The notes: generated by a model not told the origin, from the sequence alone. A stretch of 32,000 nt of DNA from Candidatus Fokinia solitaria (GCF_003072485.1 NZ_CP025989.1:690001-722000), one strand, 5' to 3'. Numbered from the stretch's first letter, positions 16,442 to 25,419 are shown. A program made the numbers and translations.

Positions 16442-17173
16442 ATGATACGATTCTTACTTTTCGTTATTTTTTCCAGTTTTCTTGTCACTGCTTTACGTTC
16501 TTTTTCGAATGCAGCGGAAGTAGATATGGATATCAAGCATAACTACTGTAGTTCCGGTGATTATGTCACTGCAAGTTACAATCTATTGAATATTCCATTT
16601 GCAATTATAGACGAAAAACAGATTTCTCTTGCGCATTTATACCGAAAAAAAGTAGTAGTCGCTTTTTGGACACAGTGGGATATAGAAGCATTCACTCTTT
16701 TAAAATCGATACATGTAATGGAGAGATACGCTATTATCAAAGATAGTAACGAACTCTTTCTCATGGCAATAGCAATAGACACGCCATCTATAGATGTGAT
16801 TAATGAGATATTCGAAAGAAATGGTATTACTCTACAAAATTCCTTTATTGACGCTTCTTTAGTGTTCTCAAATGCAATACCGGCAATAATGAATCGCACT
16901 AACGTTATGTTATTCACAGAGGGTAAATATTGTATCTTAACGGAAAAAGAAAGAGCAGTACTTTCACATCAAGAACCGGAGGAGAATGAATTGATGATGA
17001 TGAAGTATTTTTCTGATCTGATAAAAGCTACTGATAATAATACGAATAAAAACGATTTCGTTTTCCACGTGAATAATCAGAAGGAAAATCAAGCAACACA
17101 GTATAATGATAAAAATACTAATATCGTGATATATTCTTCACATTCTGAAGCAGCGCCAAAATTAATACAGTAA
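16442..17173 (+). CDS. Secreted TlpA/ResA-like thioredoxin-fold protein lacking the CxxC active site
   Basis: Signal peptide (FLLFVIFSSFLVTALRSFSNA). The pattern F.IIDEKQISLAHLYRKKVVVAFWTQWDIEAF...ELFLMAIAID...INEIFERNGITL matches the TlpA-like layout, in which canonical FWA.WC..C is replaced here by FWTQWDIEA. The C-terminal 60 aa are N/Q/T/K-rich and low-complexity. Confidence 0.45.
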   Translation: MIRFLLFVIFSSFLVTALRSFSNAAEVDMDIKHNYCSSGDYVTASYNLLNIPFAIIDEKQISLAHLYRKKVVVAFWTQWDIEAFTLLKSIHVMERYAIIKDSNELFLMAIAIDTPSIDVINEIFERNGITLQNSFIDASLVFSNAIPAIMNRTNVMLFTEGKYCILTEKERAVLSHQEPEENELMMMKYFSDLIKATDNNTNKNDFVFHVNNQKENQATQYNDKNTNIVIYSSHSEAAPKLIQ

Positions 17174-17176
17174 TAA

Positions 17177-18454
17177 CTATAATAATTCTCCAAATAACTT
17201 TAATTCGTCTTTATTTTGCGTAATTTCAACAATTTTCACTGGTAATAGCGCATTCTCTTGCACCTGCGTATTTACATATACCTTACTATTGTTTTCTGTT
17301 TTACCTTCATTACCTTTCTCAAAGAGGACGGTAACAACTTTTCCTATACATGTGCTATAGTATTCCCGTAATATACTATGACCTATCTCACGTAATTTAT
17401 ACGCTCTTTCTCTACGTATATGATGTGCAATCTGTGGCATTTTAGCTGCAGGAGTGCCATCTCTCTGAGAATATGGAAACACATGTAAATGCGAAATGGC
17501 ATTTTCCTCTACCAGCTTGCAAGTATTATTAAAATGCTCCTCCGTTTCAGTAGGAAATCCTGTAATAATGTCGGCGCCAAATACTGCATCTTTTCTATAT
17601 TCTCTTACTATTTTACAAAAATTCGTAACATCCTCGGGAGAATGACGACGCTTCATCCTTTTTAAAATCATCGCATCTCCGGATTGCATACTAATATGAA
17701 AGAAAGGCATCAATCTTTCCTCTTCGGCAATAACTTGTAACAATTCTTTATTTACCTCTGATACATCTATAGATGATAATCTCAGACGTATAATATTCGG
17801 CACACATGATAAAAGTCTTTTTACAGCTTCTCCTAATGTTATCTTTATCGGTAAATCTTGGCCATAATCTGTAATATCAACTCCAGTCAGCACCACTTCC
17901 TTATATCCGTAATCAATCAAATTTCTAACACGCTTCACTAAACTACCTAACGGTACACTTCTATTATTACCTCTACCAAATGGGATAGTGCAGAAAGTGC
18001 ATCTATGATTGCATCCATTTTGTATTTCTACAAATGCTCTTGTCTTACTACCTTCAGCTATTACGTATTCATCTTCATACGTATGCTGTACTGACATGAT
18101 ATCACCAACTGCGACACTACCATATTCATTACTCAACATCTTTTCTTGTATATCGAAATATGTCGTTTCTTGCATTTTCTCTTTATTTCCTATAACAAAA
18201 TCTACTCCATCGAAATTCTTGTAAAAATCTGGAGATATCTGCGCAGCACATCCAGTTAAGATGATAGATAAATGAGGATTCTTTTTCTTGAGACCTTTTA
18301 TTGTTTTTCTCAATTTTTTTTCCGCTTCATTCGTAACAGCGCAGCTATTAATGATAACAGCATTTGTCAACGACGCTGTTTGCGCATTTCTCTTGATAAT
18401 ATCACTCTCATATGAATTTAGCCGACAACCAAACGTAATAACATGCACACTCAT
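17177..18454 (-). CDS. mtaB: Radical-SAM tRNA methylthiotransferase, MtaB type (MiaB-like)
   Basis: N-terminal UPF0004 domain (TFGCRLNSYES). Radical SAM motif CNHRCTFCTIP. C-terminal TRAM-like domain. The 425-aa length and the TFGCRLN start fit MtaB better than MiaB or RimO. Confidence 0.75.
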   Translation of the reverse strand: MSVHVITFGCRLNSYESDIIKRNAQTASLTNAVIINSCAVTNEAEKKLRKTIKGLKKKNPHLSIILTGCAAQISPDFYKNFDGVDFVIGNKEKMQETTYFDIQEKMLSNEYGSVAVGDIMSVQHTYEDEYVIAEGSKTRAFVEIQNGCNHRCTFCTIPFGRGNNRSVPLGSLVKRVRNLIDYGYKEVVLTGVDITDYGQDLPIKITLGEAVKRLLSCVPNIIRLRLSSIDVSEVNKELLQVIAEEERLMPFFHISMQSGDAMILKRMKRRHSPEDVTNFCKIVREYRKDAVFGADIITGFPTETEEHFNNTCKLVEENAISHLHVFPYSQRDGTPAAKMPQIAHHIRRERAYKLREIGHSILREYYSTCIGKVVTVLFEKGNEGKTENNSKVYVNTQVQENALLPVKIVEITQNKDELKLFGELL

Positions 18455-18754
18455 ATTTCATATGATAAAATAACTAAAAGAACTTTCACTTCCTTACTAT
18501 ACAGTGATATCACTCGCATATTCTTTTTGATATCAGAGCGAAAATGCAAATTGTAATCAAACTATTACTCCAATATACTATACTATTCGCCTCGAACAAA
18601 TAATTATCTAACTGTAAAAGAATGCAGAAATAACACTTAGCATTACTAGTACTATACTATTCTGACGTTATCGATTCACTGTCTGAAAATACAGTAAATG
18701 CTAGTACGCTTATTTGCATTAAATCATCACTCCTTTACTGCTATTTCACGAAAG

Positions 18755-19477
18755 CTACCTCTTACATTTCTCTTTATATACTGAACTTTTACCCCTCACA
18801 TGAAGAAAATCGTGAGATATCTTACAACAATTACGATTTTTCATAGAATAATAAAGTGACTTTGTAATAATCAAATGATCGAATAATTTAATATTTGCTC
18901 TTCTTAAATGCTCTTCTATCACATTGGTAACTTCTATATCAGCTGATGAAGGATAAGGATTCTCGCTTACATGATTATGCACTACTATTAATGACGAAGC
19001 TTTCTTCCATGCTGCTAATTTAGCAAGTTCTTTCGGGTACACTGGTACTCTATCTGTTGTACCGATACCTACTACATCTTCGTCAATAATGATATTTTTC
19101 GCATCTAAATGAAAGATATACATACTTTCTCTAGGTGCAAACGACATAGTAATCCTGCAATACTCTACTAGCTGATTAATGTCCTTAGAAACATATAAGC
19201 CTATTAATCCTTTAGGCGAAATGAATCTGAAGAACACATTAGATAGCAGTGACATAAAAAATTCTACTTTTTCATTGATCTCGCCACGATACGGGAGATA
19301 GTAGCCGTGAACTATACTGGTGAGATTATCAAAATATGAAAGAAGCTGCTTTGCTATCACCTCCCCTTGATCTCTCCTTGCTACGTACTTACACACATAT
19401 GCGAGAAGTTCTACATCTGTCATTGAAGAGAAATACGCTTTCAAATCTATTTGAGAATCTTTTTTCCGAATCATCAC
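18755..19477 (-). CDS. radC: RadC-family JAB/MPN-domain protein
   Basis: JAMM motif HNHVSENPYPSSADIEVT (canonical HNHPSG..PS..D). The N-terminal helix-hairpin-helix-like region is MTDVELLAY...LLSYFDNLTSIV. Confidence 0.85.
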   Translation of the reverse strand: MMIRKKDSQIDLKAYFSSMTDVELLAYVCKYVARRDQGEVIAKQLLSYFDNLTSIVHGYYLPYRGEINEKVEFFMSLLSNVFFRFISPKGLIGLYVSKDINQLVEYCRITMSFAPRESMYIFHLDAKNIIIDEDVVGIGTTDRVPVYPKELAKLAAWKKASSLIVVHNHVSENPYPSSADIEVTNVIEEHLRRANIKLFDHLIITKSLYYSMKNRNCCKISHDFLHVRGKSSVYKEKCKR

Positions 19478-19522
19478 TCATAAACAATTTACTCTCAATG
19501 ACAATATCGCAACTAAGAAAAG

Positions 19523-20800
19523 CTAAAATTTATAAGATAACTCAATTATACCATACAGTGATGTACTTCCGGATTTACTTATCGATGAAGGGGTGATTAC
19601 ATATGTTCTATCCGTCGATGATTTGGAAGCATTAAAAGTACCATATTGTGAACACTCTCTCACGACATCATTCTTCAATGTTGCATCTAATATTCCGCTA
19701 TTTTGAAAATTCTGCTCTATTTTAGCGCCAAAACTGACAATCACATTTCCATCAGTAATACGAATACCAGCTACTGCCGCTCCATACATTCCTGATACAT
19801 CATCTGCGGTAACTTTTCCTCGAATACGATAGCCCTCACTCTCTTCACAATCTCCTCTATCGATTATCCTTACGCTGGAACTCGACACATCAATAACATC
19901 TTTTAGAGAAGTATAGCTCATAATAGACCATCCTAACTGCCCTTCAACATATGGTATGATGTGAACATCACTCTCCGTGCTTAGCGGTAGCATAAGCAAT
20001 TTTGAACTTACGCCGAACATCATACCTCTTCCACTTAAGATATCTCCTGCAACAAATTTACTACCTAAAAATGCCCCCACAAGTACAGCAAATGTTTTAG
20101 ATTTCTGCACTTCTCTGCTAAGCGATAAGGTAAGATTATACAACGAAGCACCAACAACTCTATTTCTCTCTACAGTAGAGTTATCTATCAATTGCAATGA
20201 GTGTCCTATATTTCTGCCTATATCGATACCTATACCGATCTCATTTTTACACTCTACATCTTTGGAAGAACGCACTTCTCTCGATACTCCAGCATCTAAA
20301 GTTTTATTCGAATTGCTTATAGTTAAAGCATTATTACGATTATCTGTCGTAAATTTTGCCGCCGAATGACTAGCAACAACTACAGGAGTGCTATATTTTG
20401 CGATAGCTGCAGTAGATGCTTTTCTTAGCACAATAGCGCTATTCGAGATAGTGCTAGAAGGCTTCTTCTTAGCAGAGTGAATCTTTTTCTTATATATTTT
20501 CTTCATACGCTTTATCCTCGAAACAACTGCCACTTTCTTCTTGGCAATCTTTTTACGCTTAGTAGTTACAGATTTTTTTGTCGATTTCCTTATGGATTGC
20601 GTAGAGGAATATACATTAGTGAAAGTAGTAGAAGATCCTGTAAGATCTGCTTCTCCAGCACATACTTTATCATCGACTACGATATCATCTATATTACTTG
20701 CTGAGGCTACTTTTGCACCAGGATTTGCGTAAGCTACTTCCTCACGTACTTTAGGAATCAAAATAAATAATGATATCAATATTAAATAATATACTCTCAT
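19523..20800 (-). CDS. Outer-membrane beta-barrel protein (surface-antigen-like) with a lysine-rich N-terminal linker
   Basis: Signal peptide (YLILISLFILIPKVREEVAYA). aa 71-113 are about 50% Lys/Arg. The C-terminal ~250 aa show alternating hydrophobicity, an IPYVEGQLGW strand similar to WSP/Msp4-family strands, and a terminal ...ELSYKF (aromatic C-terminal OMP signature). Confidence 0.55.
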   Translation of the reverse strand: MRVYYLILISLFILIPKVREEVAYANPGAKVASASNIDDIVVDDKVCAGEADLTGSSTTFTNVYSSTQSIRKSTKKSVTTKRKKIAKKKVAVVSRIKRMKKIYKKKIHSAKKKPSSTISNSAIVLRKASTAAIAKYSTPVVVASHSAAKFTTDNRNNALTISNSNKTLDAGVSREVRSSKDVECKNEIGIGIDIGRNIGHSLQLIDNSTVERNRVVGASLYNLTLSLSREVQKSKTFAVLVGAFLGSKFVAGDILSGRGMMFGVSSKLLMLPLSTESDVHIIPYVEGQLGWSIMSYTSLKDVIDVSSSSVRIIDRGDCEESEGYRIRGKVTADDVSGMYGAAVAGIRITDGNVIVSFGAKIEQNFQNSGILDATLKNDVVRECSQYGTFNASKSSTDRTYVITPSSISKSGSTSLYGIIELSYKF

Positions 20801-20894
20801 GGCACCACCGCACTATTTATAGAAGCACTTTGCATGCTTACTTAACAGAAAAAGCACATTTTGTAAACGCTGTACTTTTTACATAATTAGCAAT

Positions 20895-21593
20895 CTACTT
20901 ATCATTTTTCTCTGCTTTCGCACTGTATTTGACGACATAAGCCGCTTTCAAAGCCGCATACTCATCAAGAGAGATATCATTAATCTCTTGAAGCAAATCT
21001 AAATTCTCATCAATTGCTACTATTATTTCACCAGAAGAAATCGCAATTAATGCACCAATTGGAAGTACGAAATTTAACGGATCTAATATAAGATCCATTG
21101 CAAGCGCAAACGTATCTCTCGAGCAAGATGGACCAAAAAGAGGTAGCATATTGTAATTTCCTGCACGAATACCCCATTTGGTAAACGTGACGGAAAATCC
21201 ATTTTTAATCTCCGCAATACCAATCTTTGAAGCAACATCGATAGTACCTAGCAATCCCGCTGTAGTATTAAACATGAATCGACACATACTTTGCGCAGCC
21301 GCTCTTGGATCGCCCTGTAATAATCCGTTCAAAGCGTATAATGGCTCTCTCAGATTATAAAAGAAGTTGTGTATAAAATTTCTATGATATTGCTTATGAT
21401 TGCCTCTTATTGCCTTCGCAATCGGGAAAAGGACTTTATCACCTAATACGGCATTGAATGCCATAGTATTTCTGTGCGTACTTTCGCATACATCATTCAG
21501 CTCACGATACGTATTTTCCGCTGCAAAAATATCATGCGATATCGCAATGCAATGCCATAAAAAAATGAGTGAAATAACAATTTTACCTAACAT
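20895..21593 (-). CDS. mlaA: MlaA/VacJ-family lipid-asymmetry maintenance protein
   Basis: The core NFFYNLREPLYALNGLLQGDPRAAAQSMCRFMFNTTAGLLGTIDVASKIG ... WGIRAGNYNMLPLFGPSCSRDT matches the MlaA signature (NFF.NL.EP....N..LQG.......RF..NTT.G..G..DVA; GPY...P..GPS..RD). The start is set at Met-81 of the listed ORF (nt 21593). The longer form would overlap the virB8 promoter and start. Confidence 0.85.
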   Translation of the reverse strand: MLGKIVISLIFLWHCIAISHDIFAAENTYRELNDVCESTHRNTMAFNAVLGDKVLFPIAKAIRGNHKQYHRNFIHNFFYNLREPLYALNGLLQGDPRAAAQSMCRFMFNTTAGLLGTIDVASKIGIAEIKNGFSVTFTKWGIRAGNYNMLPLFGPSCSRDTFALAMDLILDPLNFVLPIGALIAISSGEIIVAIDENLDLLQEINDISLDEYAALKAAYVVKYSAKAEKNDK

Positions 21594-21601
21594 TCGAATA
21601 T

Positions 21602-21630
21602 TTGACTTTCTAAAAGTGTATCCATAGAAT
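21602..21630 (+). promoter_or_regulatory. Near-consensus sigma70-type promoter upstream of virB8
   Basis: TTGACT (21602-21607), a 17-nt spacer, then TAGAAT (21625-21630). An AAGGA Shine-Dalgarno-like element at 21664-21668 lies 7 nt before the ATG at 21676. Confidence 0.5.
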
Positions 21631-21675
21631 TGTAGTGCTACTTGCACCGGTAAGATAGATCTTAAGGAAACGTCA

Positions 21676-22323
21676 ATGCAAAACAAAGAACAAAACGCAC
21701 CTACATGGTATAAAGAATCATACGAAATAGCCATTGTGCAACGTAATGTTTTAGCAGTACTAGTTGTGTTATGCTTACTTGGATTAATAGCTTCCGCGCT
21801 TTTAATAAAACATATCAAGAATACAGAATCCATAGAGCCATTTGTCGTAGAAATCGATAGTATTACTGGTATTCCTACAGTCGTAAAATCTGTTCCAGTT
21901 GAAGAATATTCAACAAGTGTCGCAATGAAGAGAGCATTAGTAATGCAATATATCAGAGCAAGAGAGGAGTATATTCCTCAAACATTCAGATATCAGTACA
22001 AAATCGTAGTACCATCAATGTCATCTCCCGATTCTTACGATAGCTATGTGACAAAAAATACTCCTTCTAATCCTCAAAGTCCATCTGCAGTATATGGAGA
22101 AAAGGGGATTATTACGGTAGATTGGAAATCTATAGTATTTTTAAATGATAACACCGCACAGGTAAGAATAAATGTGAATTATCCTGGTAAAACGCCTGTA
22201 GGGAAATTGGTACTGGTAGCATTTGAATTTAAGAACAATAGACCACTTTCAGCAGAACAAGCCCTTGCTAATCCATTGAATTTTTACGTCACTCTCTATA
22301 GAGTCACTGACGAAAATGCATAG
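21676..22323 (+). CDS. virB8: Type IV secretion system protein VirB8 (stand-alone paralog)
   Basis: Short cytoplasmic N-terminus and one TM (VLAVLVVLCLLGLIASALLI). The periplasmic domain begins with EPFVVEIDSITGIPTVV (compare EPYVIRVDKTTG in Agrobacterium VirB8). It also carries YIRAREEY and the terminal VirB8 motif NPLNFYVTLYRVTDE (canonical NPLGF.V..YR.D.E). Confidence 0.9.
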   Translation: MQNKEQNAPTWYKESYEIAIVQRNVLAVLVVLCLLGLIASALLIKHIKNTESIEPFVVEIDSITGIPTVVKSVPVEEYSTSVAMKRALVMQYIRAREEYIPQTFRYQYKIVVPSMSSPDSYDSYVTKNTPSNPQSPSAVYGEKGIITVDWKSIVFLNDNTAQVRINVNYPGKTPVGKLVLVAFEFKNNRPLSAEQALANPLNFYVTLYRVTDENA

Positions 22324-22332
22324 CTTAACAGA

Positions 22333-23238
22333 ATGTCACCTTCTACTTCTGAAAAGAGCAAAAAACCGGATTGGATCAGAGTAAAAGCACCAAGTGCGCA
22401 CTTTGACGCTACACATGATATTGTACAGCGCCACTCTCTTCATACTGTATGCGAAGAAGCATCATGCCCTAATATAGGTGAATGCTGGAGTAAAAAGCAC
22501 GCAACTTTTATTGTAATGGGAGATACGTGCACACGCTCATGCGCATTTTGTAACGTCAAAACAGGAAAACCGCAAAAATTAGATTCTACAGAACCATTTA
22601 GAGTAGCCAAAGCAGTTCAAGAAATGGCACTAAAACATGTAGTCATCACCTCTGTAGACAGAGATGATCTAAAAGATGGTGGCGCTTCTCATTTTTCTCA
22701 ATGCATCAAACTTATAAGAGAGTATTCTCCACATACAACAATAGAAGTACTTACTCCGGATTTCAGAAATAAGAACGATGCGCTCCACATTATAGCATCT
22801 GCAAAACCTGATGTGTTTAATCACAACTTAGAAACAGTACCAAGCAAATACATTGCAATCAGACCAGGTGCAAGATACTTCCACTCTTTGCAATTACTCT
22901 TTCAAATGAAGCAACTCGTACCAGATATTTTTACTAAATCTGGCATTATGCTTGGACTTGGCGAAACAAAAATTGAAGTCATACAGCTTATGGATGATCT
23001 AATCGCCGCTAAAGTAGATTTTATCACTATAGGACAATACTTACGCCCTTCTCCAAAGCACGTAGAAGTTTCAGAATATATCACACCTGCCGTTTTTGAT
23101 GAGTACAAAACAATAGCACTGAGTAAAGGCTTTCTAATGGTAGCTTCAAGCCCGTTAACTAGATCCTCTTTTCACGCTGAAGAAGATTTTTTACAACTAA
23201 AGCGAAATAAAATCCTATCTTCACAGTCATTTAAATGA
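22333..23238 (+). CDS. lipA: Lipoyl synthase
   Basis: The auxiliary cluster motif [12 protein letters not shown] and the radical-SAM motif [10 protein letters not shown]. 301 aa. Confidence 0.95.
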   Translation: MSPSTSEKSKKPDWIRVKAPSAHFDATHDIVQRHSLHTVCEEASCPNIGECWSKKHATFIVMGDTCTRSCAFCNVKTGKPQKLDSTEPFRVAKAVQEMALKHVVITSVDRDDLKDGGASHFSQCIKLIREYSPHTTIEVLTPDFRNKNDALHIIASAKPDVFNHNLETVPSKYIAIRPGARYFHSLQLLFQMKQLVPDIFTKSGIMLGLGETKIEVIQLMDDLIAAKVDFITIGQYLRPSPKHVEVSEYITPAVFDEYKTIALSKGFLMVASSPLTRSSFHAEEDFLQLKRNKILSSQSFK

Positions 23239-23324
23239 AAGGTATAATGTACTTTTTCTTGTGCTGTTTTTATGCTATAGATTGTGAACTGTATCGGCAG
23301 TTTTTAACAGATTATCACCGCTGT

Positions 23325-24011
23325 ATGAGTAGAATGAAGTTTATGCTTATAATGCTTTTATGCATGCCTCTTTTCCTCAATAGCGCACACAGCATAAACG
23401 AAAATAATATATCATTCGGTTTTGGTGCAAGCGTAGGTACAATTGAACAAATAAGATTACGTACTTCAGAAAAAGCAGGTAGTATCGGCGCTGCTGAATC
23501 ACTAAAAGGAGAATTTCCATATTATCTCGAATGTAGCTATGGTAGAAGTCTTTCAGACATCGCGCGTATAGGAGTTGATGTAATTTTCTCCAATATACCA
23601 ATACAGAAAATCGCTTCTCTCGAACCAATTTTGCAGTGCTACGGTATTATGGCCGCAACAAAGCTTTTCATACCATCATCTATGCGAGTAGTGCCATATT
23701 TGAACATTGGCATAGGATATGGATGGTATAGCAGCAAGACAAGTGACGATTTATTCTCTGAAGAGATGGAGATTTATCTTATGCGCGAGTACAAAAATGT
23801 ACGGTACAATCTTTTCAATGATATAGAGAGAAACGGCTTGTTATGGAAATTAGGCGCCGGCACAGAGTATAGATTAAATTCAAATTTATCATTATTCTTA
23901 CAAACAGAAGTATTACGCCAGCCAAGTCTTACGCCTGCCGGTTCATTCGGTAATAAAGCAGCAATAAGATGGAGAGGTGTTCTATTTGGAGGAGTGTCAA
24001 TGAATTTTTAA
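23325..24011 (+). CDS. Small beta-barrel outer-membrane protein, WSP/Msp4 (surface antigen) family-like
   Basis: A signal peptide appears after the internal Met (MSRMKFMLIMLLCMPLFLNSAHS). It resembles Wolbachia WSP strands (VPYLNIGIGYGWYS versus TPYIGVGVGAAYIS). The C-terminus ...GGVSMNF resembles ...GVAFNF. The listed ORF start at 23235 (ATGA overlap with the lipA stop) would bury the signal peptide. Confidence 0.55.
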   Translation: MSRMKFMLIMLLCMPLFLNSAHSINENNISFGFGASVGTIEQIRLRTSEKAGSIGAAESLKGEFPYYLECSYGRSLSDIARIGVDVIFSNIPIQKIASLEPILQCYGIMAATKLFIPSSMRVVPYLNIGIGYGWYSSKTSDDLFSEEMEIYLMREYKNVRYNLFNDIERNGLLWKLGAGTEYRLNSNLSLFLQTEVLRQPSLTPAGSFGNKAAIRWRGVLFGGVSMNF

Positions 24012-24021
24012 TATAATACGT

Positions 24022-25419
24022 ATGACTAAGAATAAAAATATTATCAAAATTCTGATAGGCGTATTCTTCACCGTCTTTCTAGGTTATAGACACATTATAA
24101 GATATTCAGTAGGAGTACTAGGTACTATCATAGGACGTTATATACCGATAAAATATCGCAGTGCACTATCGCATAACAGCAAATATCTCAGAATCCTTAT
24201 TACCGTATTCTTAAGCTGTTTTTATGGCTATCAATACGTTATAAGAATACTACCAGCAATTTTGATAAATTACTTTCCAGCAAGATATCATGTCAGCCCT
24301 CATGAATTTGGACTTTTCGCAAGTATTTATTATATCGCATATTCCACCGCACACATTCCTGTTGGATTAGCATTAGATAGATTTGGACTAAGAAATGTAA
24401 TTTTTCTATCTGTATTCTTATTGTCATCTAGCTTGATACTGTGCATTGTATGCGACACATGGTATGCGGTAATCTTTTCGAGAGTGATAGCTGGTATAGT
24501 ATCATCTGCTGCCATTCTTGGCTGTTTTAAAGCATTATCAACAATGTTCTCGCCACAAGTATTCAACTTCAGTCTTGGCATTGCTGTGTCTATAGGATTA
24601 GCTTTAGCCGCTATTGGTAATGTGTTAGTGAATAACATGTTTTTAGCACGAGGATTTGATGCATTATTCATACATCTTTCACTCATCGGCTTAGGACTGA
24701 CATTGATCATTTTCTTATTAATACCAAATGCTAAAAACTTCTCACTAATTTCGTATCATCATCAAAAGAGTGATGCGAAAATTACTTTTTCTGCGATCTG
24801 GTCTATCTTTAAGAATAAGCAAATAATCACTTTATTCTTAATAAATGGTGCAATGATAGGCGTAATGGAGGGATTTATGGATGCTTGGGGTAGCACATTT
24901 TTGCAAGAGAAAATAGGCATTTCCGCATTAGAAGCTTCTTACGTAGCGACAGTGATTTTGTCGGGACATGCTATCGGTGCTCCTATAATAGGGTATTTAA
25001 GCAGTAGATACATAGGATGCATACCATTAATCAGATATTGCGGTGTCGCTCTGCTAACGCTTCTTGTGTTCTTTGCTACAGTCTCTTCTGATGTGTTACA
25101 ATACAGCATACTAGAGATAAGAAGTTGTTACATCGCATTATTCATCATGGGTATCGCAACTGCTTACCAAATACCGCTGATCGCCGCTACTATCGCGTTA
25201 GCAGATCCTAAAGTAAGCGGCCTTACTGGCGCTCTTTGCAATATGGTAGGAATGGCATTCGGCAGTCTTTTTCATCATACTATACCATTCATTAACTCAC
25301 TGTGCGATAAAAAGATGGAAGGTGCACTGTACACACTACTTTGCGGTACAATCTTCGGATTGCTAGGCACTTTTTATCCAAAATGGACTCAGAAGCTTAC
25401 AAAAATTTCAAATCATTAA
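24022..25419 (+). CDS. MFS transporter
   Basis: 465 aa with 12-13 hydrophobic helices. The MFS motif-A-like GLALDRFGLRN lies between TM2 and TM3. The N-terminal helix is duplicated (see findings). Confidence 0.8.
   Translation: MTKNKNIIKILIGVFFTVFLGYRHIIRYSVGVLGTIIGRYIPIKYRSALSHNSKYLRILITVFLSCFYGYQYVIRILPAILINYFPARYHVSPHEFGLFASIYYIAYSTAHIPVGLALDRFGLRNVIFLSVFLLSSSLILCIVCDTWYAVIFSRVIAGIVSSAAILGCFKALSTMFSPQVFNFSLGIAVSIGLALAAIGNVLVNNMFLARGFDALFIHLSLIGLGLTLIIFLLIPNAKNFSLISYHHQKSDAKITFSAIWSIFKNKQIITLFLINGAMIGVMEGFMDAWGSTFLQEKIGISALEASYVATVILSGHAIGAPIIGYLSSRYIGCIPLIRYCGVALLTLLVFFATVSSDVLQYSILEIRSCYIALFIMGIATAYQIPLIAATIALADPKVSGLTGALCNMVGMAFGSLFHHTIPFINSLCDKKMEGALYTLLCGTIFGLLGTFYPKWTQKLTKISNH

Noticed and set aside
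18455-18754. Possible replication origin in the 300-bp spacer
   Set aside because: I found no DnaA-box-like 9-mers (TTATCCACA or its complement), and no flanking dnaA, dnaN, hemE or other typical ori-neighbour genes.
21594-21833. 80-codon N-terminal extension of the mlaA ORF, overlapping the virB8 start on the opposite strand
   Set aside because: MlaA homology and a hydrophobic leader begin at the internal Met (21593). The extension would run through the near-consensus virB8 promoter, its RBS and 158 nt of virB8 coding sequence.
23235-23324. ATGA-overlapped start of the WSP-like OMP at the lipA stop
   Set aside because: It is attractive as translational coupling. However, it places 30 Cys/Phe/Tyr-rich residues in front of an otherwise canonical signal peptide. 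The internal Met at 23325 (or 23334) is more plausible, though the longer form cannot be fully excluded.
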